From IMG/VR virus record IMGVR_UViG_3300027782_000069: a DNA stretch of 20,000 bases; one strand, written 5' to 3'. Position 1 is the stretch's first letter. Every line of letters begins with the position of its first letter. The DNA comes from an uncultured virus (IMG/VR IMGVR_UViG_3300027782_000069). Lineage: Duplodnaviria > Heunggongvirae > Uroviricota > Caudoviricetes. The notes beneath the pieces are model-generated. The model saw only the letters and a program-made list of their open reading frames with translations, did no database searches and was not told the DNA's origin. The translations under genes and the position numbers were made by a program. This document shows, one piece after another, positions 1 through 8,822 of the stretch.

Positions 1-1
1 T

Positions 2-1342
2 TATCAAGGAATGGATCCGATCCAAGATTCACATCGCAGATCAGTAACCGCTATCCTGCTCGAAAACCAAGAAAGAGAGCTCCGTGAAGAGCACACTTTC
101 CTTTCAGAAGCTCCAACCAACTTCACTAGCACCAGCACTGCATCTGGCACTGGTCTTAGTGGTAGCAGCACTGGCGCTATGCAAGGTTTCGACCCTGTTT
201 TGATCTCCTTGATCAGACGCGCAATGCCTAACTTGGTCGCTTATGACCTCGCAGGCGTTCAACCAATGAACGGTCCTACTGGACTCATCTTCGCAATGCG
301 TTCAAGATACAACAACCAAACCGGCACTGAATCTCTGTTCAACGAAGCAGATTCAGCATTCTCTGGTCAGGACAGCGGATTCAATCTTACTAACGGATTC
401 ACCAGTGGTTCTGTTGGTCTTGGTACTACTACTCAACGTAATTCAAACCCAGGTCTTCTAAATCCTGAGTCGGGTCAAACTGCAACTACCTACAACGTAG
501 GTCAGGGCATGAGAACTGATGATGCAGAAAACCTTGGTCAAGGTGCTGGTGACTACTTCAACGAAATGGCATTCTCAATTGAGAAAGTCACCGTTACTGC
601 GAAGTCACGTGCTCTGAAAGCTGAGTATTCACTCGAACTCGCTCAAGACCTCAAGGCAATCCACGGTCTGAATGCAGAAGCTGAGTTGGCAAACATTCTC
701 TCAACAGAGATTCTTGCCGAAATCAACCGTGAAGTTATCCGTACCATCTATGGCGTTGCTGAGTCTGGTGCTCAAGCAAACGTTGCTACCGCTGGTACTT
801 TTGACCTTGACGTTGACTCCAACGGTCGTTGGTCAGTTGAGAAGTTCAAAGGACTTATCTTCCAAATCGAGCGTGATGCTAACGCAATCGCACAAAGAAC
901 TCGTAGAGGAAAGGGTAACATGATCCTCTGCTCGGCAGACGTTGCTTCGGCACTCACCATGGCAGGTGTTCTTGATTACACCCCAGCTCTTAACGCTAAC
1001 CTCAACGTTGATGACACTGGCAATACTTTTGCTGGTATCCTCCAAGGTAAGTATCGTGTTTATATCGATCCTTATTCGGCAAACGTTGCTTCTAACCAAT
1101 ACTACGTTGTTGGTTATAAGGGTTCTTCCCCTTATGATGCTGGTTTATTCTACTGCCCATATGTTCCTCTCCAAATGGTTCGTGCCGTTGGTCAGGACAC
1201 CTTCCAGCCCAAGATTGGCTTCAAGACCAGATATGGTATTGTTGCTAACCCATTCGCTGAAGGAACTACTGCTGGTGCAGGTCGCATCCAGATGAACTCT
1301 AATCGTTACTACAGAAGAGTTCGTGTTGACAACCTAATGTGA
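2..1342 (+). CDS. gp23: Major capsid protein gp23 (5'-truncated at window edge)
   Basis: Frame is open from base 2 (YQGMDPIQ...). Hallmark T4 gp23 motifs: ILLENQE, FDPVLISLIRRAMPNL, GVQPMNGPTGLIFAMRSRY, EMAFSIEKVTVTAKSRALKAEYS, FQPKIGFKTRYG. Probable prohead-protease site FLSE|APTN. Confidence 0.99.
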   Translation, partial: YQGMDPIQDSHRRSVTAILLENQERELREEHTFLSEAPTNFTSTSTASGTGLSGSSTGAMQGFDPVLISLIRRAMPNLVAYDLAGVQPMNGPTGLIFAMRSRYNNQTGTESLFNEADSAFSGQDSGFNLTNGFTSGSVGLGTTTQRNSNPGLLNPESGQTATTYNVGQGMRTDDAENLGQGAGDYFNEMAFSIEKVTVTAKSRALKAEYSLELAQDLKAIHGLNAEAELANILSTEILAEINREVIRTIYGVAESGAQANVATAGTFDLDVDSNGRWSVEKFKGLIFQIERDANAIAQRTRRGKGNMILCSADVASALTMAGVLDYTPALNANLNVDDTGNTFAGILQGKYRVYIDPYSANVASNQYYVVGYKGSSPYDAGLFYCPYVPLQMVRAVGQDTFQPKIGFKTRYGIVANPFAEGTTAGAGRIQMNSNRYYRRVRVDNLM

Positions 1343-1363
1343 TCTCGGTTCACATATCTTCTC

Positions 1364-1391
1364 AGACCTCCCGCAAGGGGGGTCTTTTTTT
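1364..1391 (+). terminator. Rho-independent terminator after gp23
   Basis: AGACCTCCC-GCAA-GGGGGGTCT stem-loop (one G-U pair, GNRA loop) followed by a T-run. Confidence 0.92.
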
Positions 1392-1392
1392 A

Positions 1393-1400
1393 TCTAAATA
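1393..1400 (+). promoter_or_regulatory. T4-type late (gp55) promoter variant TCTAAATA
   Basis: One mismatch to TATAAATA, directly after the terminator and 18 nt before ATG 1419. Followed by CTAAAAA, as are the late promoters at 8795 and 10746. Confidence 0.7.
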
Positions 1401-1418
1401 CTAAAAAACCTCAGATAA

Positions 1419-2006
1419 ATGAAATCTTATAGGGAATTTTGTAGAGATGCAAATATTATAGAGAATTTGAATTTAGTTGCAAAATCTAATAAACCAAAAT
1501 CTTCTAGTGAAGTTCTTGCATATAAAAACTATCAACCAGGATCTCTTGATAAATCTACTGGGAAGTTTACGCAAAGAGCACATAGTGATGCAGAGCAAAG
1601 TAGATATGGTTGGAAACCAGTTAATGTAAGTTCCTACAGTAAGGCAGATACTCCAGGACCATTAACTGCAAGTGGAGATAAGTTTCACGATAAAGCAAAA
1701 CTGGTTGCGGTTCCTTATGCTTCCAAAACCAGTTCCAAACCATCTATACCATTTGGGACAAATTTGCAAATGACTAGGGCACCAGGAACAAAGGCTCCTG
1801 TGGCAACTACTAAGGTTTCAGATACTGGAAACTTTGGTGCCGCTGGTGATTATAATAAATCAACAAGTTTTGATCTTGCAAGACAAACTGCAGCAGATGT
1901 TTCGGGTAAACCAAACATTACTTCACAAGAGTTTGGTAAACAGAAAGTTTACGTTAGAAATTCACCTGCACCTACAGTATCTACAAAAACTAAACCAACA
2001 AAATAA
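1419..2006 (+). CDS. RlpA-like double-psi beta-barrel (putative lytic transglycosylase) protein with internal-protein-like N-terminal leader
   Basis: SSYS...LTASGDKF...LVAVP...IPFGTNLQMT...KVSDTGNF...FDLARQTAADV parallels the RlpA DPBB pattern (ASWY..TASGE.F..TAAH..LPFGT.V.VT..V.INDRGPF..IDLS..AA). N-terminus is MKSYREF...IIE. Confidence 0.75.
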   Translation: MKSYREFCRDANIIENLNLVAKSNKPKSSSEVLAYKNYQPGSLDKSTGKFTQRAHSDAEQSRYGWKPVNVSSYSKADTPGPLTASGDKFHDKAKLVAVPYASKTSSKPSIPFGTNLQMTRAPGTKAPVATTKVSDTGNFGAAGDYNKSTSFDLARQTAADVSGKPNITSQEFGKQKVYVRNSPAPTVSTKTKPTK

Positions 2007-2018
2007 GAGGATTAAGTG

Positions 2019-2561
2019 ATGGCATCTTCATTAGCAAATCAAATACAAAATAGAAACTTCTTATCTCCGGTTGGATTTAAGTTTAGTTTAGCAAAAGAAC
2101 CAAAGGTAGTATTTTTTTGCAATTCTACAAGAATACCAGAGATTACTTTGCAAACCAATATTCAACCATCGTATCTTAAAGATCTAGATGTTCCTGGTGA
2201 AAAACTTTCTTATGGAGATTTGAATTTAAGATTTCTTGTTGATGAAAATTTAGAAAACTATATGGCAATTCATAATTGGTTAACTGGTCTTGGATATCCA
2301 GAAACAACAGGACAATATGCAGATTTAATTATTGAGAATGGAATTAGGGATCCAAAAGATGCTTTTAGTGATGGGACATTGCACATTTTAAATAGTAACT
2401 ATAAAGATAATGCTGTTGTAAAGTTTAAAGACTTATTTCCCGTTTCCTTATCTTCACTTGATTTTGATTCTACACTTACAGATATTCAGTACTTTACAGC
2501 AGAGGTATCTTTCAAGTATACTGTCTATAATATCCTAGGAACCAATAACCAACCTCTATGA
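2019..2561 (+). CDS. gp3: Tail completion / tail tube terminator protein gp3
   Basis: NRNFLSPVGFKF, IPEITL, VPGEKLSYGDLNLRFLVDENLENYMAIHNWL, FKDLFPVSLSSLDFD. Lies between gp23 and uvsY. SD-like GAGGA upstream. Start is GTG 2016 or ATG 2019. Confidence 0.93.
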   Translation: MASSLANQIQNRNFLSPVGFKFSLAKEPKVVFFCNSTRIPEITLQTNIQPSYLKDLDVPGEKLSYGDLNLRFLVDENLENYMAIHNWLTGLGYPETTGQYADLIIENGIRDPKDAFSDGTLHILNSNYKDNAVVKFKDLFPVSLSSLDFDSTLTDIQYFTAEVSFKYTVYNILGTNNQPL

Positions 2562-2989
2562 ATCTTGATGAAATTCAGGAGATGTGGCAGAGAGATTCTG
2601 TCATCGATCCAGACAACCTACACGATGAATCACTAAAAATTCCTCAACTACATTCCAAATACTATACCATCTACAATACAATTACTCTTCTTCGTGAGAA
2701 GGCACGAGAAACCTATAATAGAGTGCGTCTAGAACGCTACAACTACTACACAGGAAAGGCACCAGCAGAGGTCTACGTAGAGGACCCATTTCCGTATAAG
2801 GTGAGGGAGAAGGACGCAATAGAGAGGTATATGAGTGCCGATGAAAGACTTTCTAAAATTGATTTGAAGATAAAATATTATGATATTATGCTTAAGTTCT
2901 TAGAAGAAATTATTAAGACAGTTTCTAATAGAACTTATCAAATAAAAAATGCTATTGAGTTTATGAGATTTACTGCTGGATATAATTAA
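2558..2989 (+). CDS. uvsY: Recombination mediator UvsY
   Basis: MNLDEIQEMWQRDSVIDPDNLHDESLKIPQLHSKY...NRTYQIKNAIEFMRF. Synteny gp3-uvsY-uvsW; ATGA overlap with gp3. Confidence 0.95.
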   Translation: MNLDEIQEMWQRDSVIDPDNLHDESLKIPQLHSKYYTIYNTITLLREKARETYNRVRLERYNYYTGKAPAEVYVEDPFPYKVREKDAIERYMSADERLSKIDLKIKYYDIMLKFLEEIIKTVSNRTYQIKNAIEFMRFTAGYN

Positions 2990-2994
2990 TTGGG

Positions 2995-3016
2995 GAGGCA
3001 GAAATGCCTCTTTTTT
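2995..3016 (+). terminator. Rho-independent terminator after uvsY
   Basis: GAGGCA-GAAA-TGCCTC followed by TTTTTT. Confidence 0.85.
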
Positions 3017-3022
3017 ATTGCC

Positions 3023-3030
3023 AATAAATA
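3023..3030 (+). promoter_or_regulatory. T4-type late promoter (AATAAATA) for uvsW
   Basis: nATAAATA just after the terminator, 21 nt before ATG 3052. Confidence 0.75.
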
Positions 3031-3051
3031 CCTATAACTGATATTATATGA

Positions 3052-4515
3052 ATGTCACATTTGATTATATCAAAAAAGAATGAGGTGTATTTAACTATTC
3101 AAGCAGAACCTCATATCTATTATGAATTAAGAGACGCATTTCAATTTGAAGTTCCAAATGCTAAATTTTCCCCATCTTATAAAAATAAATGGTGGGATGG
3201 TCGCATATATTTGTTTAATGTAGATACAAGAGAAATTTATATTGGACTCTTAGACAGAATTATCAGATTCTGTGAAGATCACGAATACACATACGAGTTT
3301 GCAGACAATAAGTTCTATGGACTTCCTTTTGAGATAAATGAGAACATCTCAAAGGAAGGTGTGAAAGATTATATGACTGCAATCAGTAGACACGCCCCAC
3401 GCGACTACCAAGTCGAGGGAGTATACGACGCCTTGCGACATAATCGAAAATTATTGATATCTCCAACTGCTTCTGGAAAGTCGTTGATGATATATTCTGT
3501 TGTGAGATATTACGTTGAGAGACAACAAAATATTCTGATAGTTGTCCCAACGACTTCCCTTGTAGAACAAATGTATAAAGATTTTGCAGATTATGGATGG
3601 GATGTTGGTTCATACTGCCACAAGATATACGCTGGTAAGGAACGAGAAACTGATTCCCAAGTTATTATTACTACCTGGCAAAGTATTTACAAATTGCCCA
3701 AGCAGTATTTTTCCAGATTTAATGTAGTCGTAGGAGATGAGGCACACCAATTTAAATCCAAGTCATTAATATCTATAATGACGAAACTTTGTGATGCAAA
3801 ATATCGCTTTGGATTCACTGGAACACTAGATGGATCCCAAACTCATAAGTGGGTCCTAGAAGGATTATTTGGTCCTTCATATAAAATCATCAATACTGAT
3901 GAACTGATGAAAAAGGGACATCTTGCCAAATTAGACATCAAAATACTTCTATTGAAACATCCTCCAAATAAGTTTGATATTTTTGAAGATGAGATTCAAT
4001 ATATCATCAATCATCAAAAGAGAAATAATTTTATCAAAAATCTTGCTCTAGATTTAAAGGGAAATACTCTTGTTTTATTTTCAAGAGTCGAAGGTCATGG
4101 ACAACCTTTATATGAACTCATAAATAATGATAAGATTGATGATAGACATGTTTTCTTTGTCCATGGTGGTGTAGAAACTGAAGAACGGGAAAAAGTTAGA
4201 GAAATAACCGAAAAGGAGAATAATGCAATCATCGTTGCTTCTTATGGCACTTTTTCTACTGGTGTTAATATTCGAAATCTTCACAATGTTATCTTTGCTT
4301 CTCCCAGTAAATCGAGAATCAGAAATCTTCAATCAATCGGTAGAGTTCTTAGAAAAGGTGAAAACAAAGTAAAAGCAACTCTATATGACATTGCCGATGA
4401 TATTAGTTATAAATCAAGAAAGAATTATACATTAAATCATCTTATTGAGAGAATTAAAATTTATAATGAAGAGAACTTCAATTATGAGATTGTAAACGTC
4501 GCTCTTAAAAACTAA
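3052..4515 (+). CDS. uvsW: UvsW SF2 RNA-DNA/DNA helicase
   Basis: WDGRIYLF, PRDYQ, Walker A SPTASGKS, VVPTTSLVEQM, DEAH, GFTGT, ASYGTFSTGVNI, QSIGRVLR. Confidence 0.98.
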   Translation: MSHLIISKKNEVYLTIQAEPHIYYELRDAFQFEVPNAKFSPSYKNKWWDGRIYLFNVDTREIYIGLLDRIIRFCEDHEYTYEFADNKFYGLPFEINENISKEGVKDYMTAISRHAPRDYQVEGVYDALRHNRKLLISPTASGKSLMIYSVVRYYVERQQNILIVVPTTSLVEQMYKDFADYGWDVGSYCHKIYAGKERETDSQVIITTWQSIYKLPKQYFSRFNVVVGDEAHQFKSKSLISIMTKLCDAKYRFGFTGTLDGSQTHKWVLEGLFGPSYKIINTDELMKKGHLAKLDIKILLLKHPPNKFDIFEDEIQYIINHQKRNNFIKNLALDLKGNTLVLFSRVEGHGQPLYELINNDKIDDRHVFFVHGGVETEEREKVREITEKENNAIIVASYGTFSTGVNIRNLHNVIFASPSKSRIRNLQSIGRVLRKGENKVKATLYDIADDISYKSRKNYTLNHLIERIKIYNEENFNYEIVNVALKN

Positions 4516-4910
4516 TGGGAGAAGAATTTTATAGTGTAATTAAATTGGTAACGGGTGAAGAAATATTTTCTTTAGTATGCGTTGATGAAAATGATGGAGA
4601 TCCTATTATTATTCTTCACAATCCTGTTATCATGAAGATAGTCAGTAATCATATCGGTCAATATGTTAAGGTAAAACCTTGGTTGGAAATTCCGGATGAT
4701 GATATGTTTGTAATTAAATACGATAAGATCGTAACTATGACAGAAGTTAAAGAAGGATCAATGATTAACTTCTATAAGAGATATCTGGACAATGAAGATG
4801 TTGATATTGAATTAGATGGAAAAGTGAATATTTCCGATAAAATGGGATATATCTCTACTGTAGAAGATGCTCGTAAGAATCTAGAAAAGATCTTTAAAGA
4901 TCTCAATTAA
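4515..4910 (+). CDS. Conserved cyanophage hypothetical protein between uvsW and gp55 (possibly Sm-like fold)
   Basis: 131-aa ORF coupled to uvsW (TAATG overlap); FYSVIKLVTGEEIFSLV...KPWL...MGYISTVEDARKNLEKIF. Confidence 0.85.
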   Translation: MGEEFYSVIKLVTGEEIFSLVCVDENDGDPIIILHNPVIMKIVSNHIGQYVKVKPWLEIPDDDMFVIKYDKIVTMTEVKEGSMINFYKRYLDNEDVDIELDGKVNISDKMGYISTVEDARKNLEKIFKDLN

Positions 4911-4944
4911 TATCTAAATTATTATCTTCAAACCTAACAAAGGT

Positions 4945-4973
4945 ATTATACACATATTTCACATACTTGTCAA
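4945..4973 (-). promoter_or_regulatory. Perfect-consensus sigma70 promoter on the minus strand (antisense to ORF 4515-4910 and uvsW)
   Basis: Reverse complement reads TTGACA-AGTATGTGAAATATGTG (17 nt)-TATAAT. Confidence 0.8.
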
Positions 4974-4995
4974 GCTATTAAAGTTATGTAAAGTA

Positions 4996-5004
4996 TGTTA
5001 TAAT
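4996..5004 (+). promoter_or_regulatory. Extended -10 sigma70-type promoter for gp55
   Basis: TGtTATAAT in the intergenic region, 36 nt before ATG 5041; no good -35. Confidence 0.65.
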
Positions 5005-5040
5005 ATACATAATATTTTTTTATCCATAGAGATCAATGTT

Positions 5041-5559
5041 ATGTCCAAAAAAAAATCAGAGCATTATGTAAACAATAAAGAGTTATTAGAGGCATTGATA
5101 TTATATCGAAGCAAAGTTGCAAAAGCACGGGAAAAGTTCGTTGAGAAATACGATACAGAACCACCAAAGTCAGGACCTTGGGAAGGAAAACCTAGAATTC
5201 CCAACTACCTAGGCGAATGCTTCTTAAAGATTGCAACACATCTTTCATATAAACCCAATTTTGTTAACTATATGTTCAGGGACGATATGATCTCTGATGG
5301 TATTGAAAACTGCGTCCAATATATTCATAATTTTAATCCAGAAAGATCTCAAAATCCTTTTGCTTACTTTACTCAGATTATTCACTATGCGTTTCTGAGA
5401 AGAATACAAAAAGAAAAGAAACAACTGGAAATCAAGACTAAGATTATTGAAAGAACTGGTTTTGATGAGGTTATGATGATTGACGACAGCTTGCTTTCTG
5501 GCAGCAGTTCGGAGTATAATGCGATGAAGGACAACATCCAATATCGAAGCAATCGATGA
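5041..5559 (+). CDS. gp55: Late transcription sigma factor gp55
   Basis: HYVNNKELL, PRIPNYLGECFLKIATHLSYKPNFVNYMFRDDMISDGIENC, NPFAYFTQIIHYAFLRRIQKEKKQ. Confidence 0.98.
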   Translation: MSKKKSEHYVNNKELLEALILYRSKVAKAREKFVEKYDTEPPKSGPWEGKPRIPNYLGECFLKIATHLSYKPNFVNYMFRDDMISDGIENCVQYIHNFNPERSQNPFAYFTQIIHYAFLRRIQKEKKQLEIKTKIIERTGFDEVMMIDDSLLSGSSSEYNAMKDNIQYRSNR

Positions 5560-6593
5560 AAATCGCAATTTTAACAGACAGTCATTTCGGTGCCCGCAAA
5601 GGTTCCAAACATCTTCACGATCACTTTGAACTCTTCTATAAGAATGTTTTCTTTCCTGCCCTAGAAGAGCACGGAGTAGAGACAGTCATTCATATGGGTG
5701 ATGCCTTTGATAGTCGTAAGTCAATTGATTATCAAAGTTTAGAGTGGGCAAAGCGTGTAGTATTTGAACCTCTTAAAAACTATGAAGTTCATATGATTAT
5801 AGGTAATCACGATTGTTATTATAAGAATACCAATAGTGTAAACTCTCCTAGTCTTTTACTTCAGACGTATTCAAATATTCGTACCTATAGTTCTCCACAA
5901 ACCATTAAAGTTTGTGGTCTAGACATTATGATGGTTCCCTGGATTTGTAGTGAGAACTATGATGAAACCTTAAATCAAATCAAAAAGTCCAAAGCAAAGA
6001 TTGCAATGGGGCATTTGGAACTTCAAGGTTTCCGTGTTAATCGCAATCTTGTGATGGAAGAACACGGAATGAATGCAAATATTTTTGATAAGTTTACTAA
6101 AGTATTCTCTGGACATTATCATACTCGTTCTGATAATGGAAAAATCTTTTATCTTGGAAATACTTATGAGATGTATTGGAATGATGTGAATGATCCTCGT
6201 GGATTTCATATCTTTGATACCGAAACTCTCACTCATACTCCAGTAAATAATCCTCATAAATTATTTTATAATATTTACTATGAGGATACTCCTTATCAAA
6301 TGTTTGATGCAACTGAGTATGAAAACAAGATTGTTAAGGTTATTGTTCGTAAAAAATCAAATTCAAAATCTTTTGAAAAGTTTATTGATAAACTTTATAC
6401 TGCAGGTGTCCAAGAACTCAAGATTATTGAAAACTTTGATATTCAGGAAAGTGCGGAGTTTGAAGTTGATGAAGAAGAAAATACTATTTCAATTCTAAAT
6501 CGTTATATTGATGAAGCAGAATTTGAATATGATAAAAATATCATCAAAGGAATTTTTCAAGATCTTTATAGGCAAGCTTGCGAAGTTGAGTAA
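5556..6593 (+). CDS. gp47: Recombination endonuclease subunit gp47 (Mre11/SbcD-like)
   Basis: Metallophosphoesterase motifs TDSHFG, HMGDAFD, GNHD, MGH, SGHYH; upstream of gp46. Confidence 0.97.
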   Translation: MKIAILTDSHFGARKGSKHLHDHFELFYKNVFFPALEEHGVETVIHMGDAFDSRKSIDYQSLEWAKRVVFEPLKNYEVHMIIGNHDCYYKNTNSVNSPSLLLQTYSNIRTYSSPQTIKVCGLDIMMVPWICSENYDETLNQIKKSKAKIAMGHLELQGFRVNRNLVMEEHGMNANIFDKFTKVFSGHYHTRSDNGKIFYLGNTYEMYWNDVNDPRGFHIFDTETLTHTPVNNPHKLFYNIYYEDTPYQMFDATEYENKIVKVIVRKKSNSKSFEKFIDKLYTAGVQELKIIENFDIQESAEFEVDEEENTISILNRYIDEAEFEYDKNIIKGIFQDLYRQACEVE

Positions 6594-6862
6594 TGTTTCT
6601 TCTCACTCTTAAAGATAAAAAGGACGATGGAGCATATGCCGTTCAGAATAGATACGGTGAAAAAGTTCTTTTTCTCTTTGAGGAAGAGGATGATGCCTTT
6701 AGATATGCTCTAATGCTTGAAGATCAAGATGAGAAAGAAATGGAAGTTGTGGAAGTGGATGGCGCACTTGCCATAATGACTTGTAGACGCTATAATTACA
6801 AATATGCAGTGATTACTTCAAACGACATTGTTATTCCTCCTAATCTGAATGATAACCTTTAA
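6593..6862 (+). CDS. Conserved acidic hypothetical protein between gp47 and gp46
   Basis: 89 aa, overlaps both neighbours; GAYAV...VLFLFEEEDDAFRYA..L...VITSNDIVIPP. Confidence 0.82.
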   Translation: MFLLTLKDKKDDGAYAVQNRYGEKVLFLFEEEDDAFRYALMLEDQDEKEMEVVEVDGALAIMTCRRYNYKYAVITSNDIVIPPNLNDNL

Positions 6863-8564
6863 GACGATAAAATGGAAGAACTTTTTAAGTACTGGTAATA
6901 ACTGGACTGAAATAGATTTCCAAAAACATAATACAAATCTAATTATCGGAACAAATGGTGCAGGCAAATCCACTGTATTGGATGCGCTTACTTTTGTGCT
7001 GTTCAATCGCCCGTTTCGTAAAATCAATAAACCACAACTTCCCAATAGTACCAACGAAAAGGATTGTTTGGTTGAGATTGAGTTCTCGGTAAACAATAAA
7101 GAATATCTTGTTCGTCGTGGAATTAAACCGAATATTTTTGATATTGAGGTTAATGGTAATCAACTTCATAAGGAAGCAGATGATCGTGCGAATCAAAAAA
7201 TTCTAGAAGAAAATATTCTCAAGGTCAATTATAAGTCTTTTACACAGATTGTGATTCTGGGTTCTAGTAATTTTGTACCTTTTATGCAATTGGCTACGGC
7301 AAATCGTCGTGAAGTTATTGAAGATCTGTTGGATATTCGTATCTTCTCTGCAATGAACGCTCTTATCAAAGATAAGATTCGTATAGAGAAAGAACAGATC
7401 AAATCTTTAGAGTCTCGTAAAGAAAATCTCAAAGATAAGGAGAAAATGCAGAAAAACTTTATCGAAGAGTTGGAAAATCGCGGTAAAGAAAATATCGAAA
7501 ATCGTAAGGTAAAGGTATCTCAACTTATGGGTGAAGTTGATATCCATATGCGTGAGAATTCTATTACTGAAGAGGATATCTTTAAGTTTACGAAAGAACT
7601 TGAAGAAGTAAATGGTGCTGCTGATAAACTTAAAAAACTTGGAAATCTGAAAGGTAAAATTTCTCAGAAAGTATCTGCTATCACTACAGAACATAAATTT
7701 TTTACAGAAAATACGGTATGCCCTACCTGCACTCAGGATATTGATGAAAGATTCCGCCTAGATAGAATTGCAGATGCTCAAAATAAAGCAAAGGAATTGC
7801 AATCTGGTTATAAAGACCTTGAAGATACCATCAAGATGGAAGAAGAGAGGGAGCGTCAATTCACCTTACTTTCAAAGGAGATAACGAAACTCAATCATGA
7901 GATTTCTCAAAACAATACTAGGATTTCACTCAATCAGCGACAGATCAGAGATCTTGAATCTGAAATTCAAACTATTACCGAACAACTTGAAAATCGAAAT
8001 ACTGAGCATGAAAAGTTAGAGGAGTTTAGAGAAAATCTGCAAAAAACATTTGAGAGTCTTTCAAAGAAGAAGGATGAGGTTGTTTATTATGATTTTGCAT
8101 ACTCTCTTCTTAAAGATGATGGGGTAAAGACGAAGATCATCAAAAAATATCTTCCCTTCATCAATCAGCAAGTTAACCGTTATCTTCAGATGATGGACTT
8201 CTATATTAACTTTAATCTTGATGAGGAATTCAATGAATCTATTCAATCTCCTATTCACGAAAACTTCTCATATTCCTCATTCTCTGAGGGAGAGAAAATG
8301 CGAGTAGACTTATCTCTACTCTTTACTTGGAGAGAAGTTGCAAGATTGAAGAACTCTGTAAATACAAATCTATTGATTATGGATGAGGTATTTGATAGTT
8401 CTCTTGATGGATTTGGAACTGATGAGTTTCTTAAGATCATTCGTTATGTGATTAAAGATGCTAACATCTTTGTGATATCTCATAAGTCTGAACTTCACGA
8501 TAAGTTTGATAATGTTATTAGATTTGATAAGAAAGGTGGATTTTCTTATAAAACTGAATCATAG
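6849..8564 (+). CDS. gp46: Recombination ATPase subunit gp46 (Rad50/SbcC-like)
   Basis: WKNFLSTGN, Walker A GTNGAGKST, coiled coils with zinc hook CPTC, signature FSEGEK, Walker B IMDEVFDSSLD, ISHK. Confidence 0.98.
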   Translation: MITFKTIKWKNFLSTGNNWTEIDFQKHNTNLIIGTNGAGKSTVLDALTFVLFNRPFRKINKPQLPNSTNEKDCLVEIEFSVNNKEYLVRRGIKPNIFDIEVNGNQLHKEADDRANQKILEENILKVNYKSFTQIVILGSSNFVPFMQLATANRREVIEDLLDIRIFSAMNALIKDKIRIEKEQIKSLESRKENLKDKEKMQKNFIEELENRGKENIENRKVKVSQLMGEVDIHMRENSITEEDIFKFTKELEEVNGAADKLKKLGNLKGKISQKVSAITTEHKFFTENTVCPTCTQDIDERFRLDRIADAQNKAKELQSGYKDLEDTIKMEEERERQFTLLSKEITKLNHEISQNNTRISLNQRQIRDLESEIQTITEQLENRNTEHEKLEEFRENLQKTFESLSKKKDEVVYYDFAYSLLKDDGVKTKIIKKYLPFINQQVNRYLQMMDFYINFNLDEEFNESIQSPIHENFSYSSFSEGEKMRVDLSLLFTWREVARLKNSVNTNLLIMDEVFDSSLDGFGTDEFLKIIRYVIKDANIFVISHKSELHDKFDNVIRFDKKGGFSYKTES

Positions 8565-8622
8565 GGACGATTTTTAAAGTGGCACACGAACCCGATAGGA
8601 TTGATATTTTTATAGATAGAAT
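8565..8622 (+). promoter_or_regulatory. Quasi-palindromic motif copy 1 plus -10 box (putative early promoter)
   Basis: GGACGATTTTTAAAGTGGCACAC (8565-8587) and TAGAAT at 8617; spacing is within 1 nt of copies 3 and 4. Confidence 0.6.
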
Positions 8623-8648
8623 GCTGTCTAAACTAGACCGTTGGATCT

Positions 8649-8807
8649 ATGGCCCACCACAAAATCTGGGAAAGTGGACGCCACCCGTCGCGTCGTCCCG
8701 ACAAGGGGAAGAAGAAACCTCAGGCAATTCGCCAAGCGAAAAAAAGAATGAAGAATCTTAAGAAGCGTCTCAATCAAAGAGATGCTTCTTTTTTTATAAA
8801 TACCTAA
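8649..8807 (+). CDS. Small highly basic protein (52 aa, not in ORF track)
   Basis: Manual translation: MAHHKIWESGRHPSRRPDKGKKKPQAIRQAKKRMKNLKKRLNQRDASFFINT. Lies just downstream of the motif and -10. The KPQA.RQAK core resembles a small ORF I recall after gp46 in cyanomyoviruses (unverified). Confidence 0.65.
   Translation: MAHHKIWESGRHPSRRPDKGKKKPQAIRQAKKRMKNLKKRLNQRDASFFINT
8760..8795 (+). terminator. Rho-independent terminator overlapping the end of the small basic ORF
   Basis: AAGAAGCGTCTC-AATCAAA-GAGATGCTTCTT followed by a T-run. Confidence 0.75.
8795..8802 (+). promoter_or_regulatory. T4 late promoter TATAAATA
   Basis: Exact consensus, 20 nt before ATG 8823. Confidence 0.88.
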
Positions 8808-8822
8808 AAAAGTAGTTTTAAG

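Noticed and set aside
672..1295. Alternative-frame and antisense ORFs within gp23 (and similar ones within gp46, gp47, cobS and gp44)
   Set aside because: Expected by-products of codon bias inside conserved core genes.
1326..1355. TTGACA at the end of gp23 and small hairpin ATGTGA...TCACAT
   Set aside because: No -10 at 16-18 nt spacing, and it lies just upstream of a strong terminator; the hairpin is weak.
8579..8761. 60-aa ORF from the track (MAHEPDRID...)
   Set aside because: Its GTG start lies inside the palindromic motif, upstream of the -10 box. The overlapping 8649-8807 ORF fits the promoter better. Not fully excluded.
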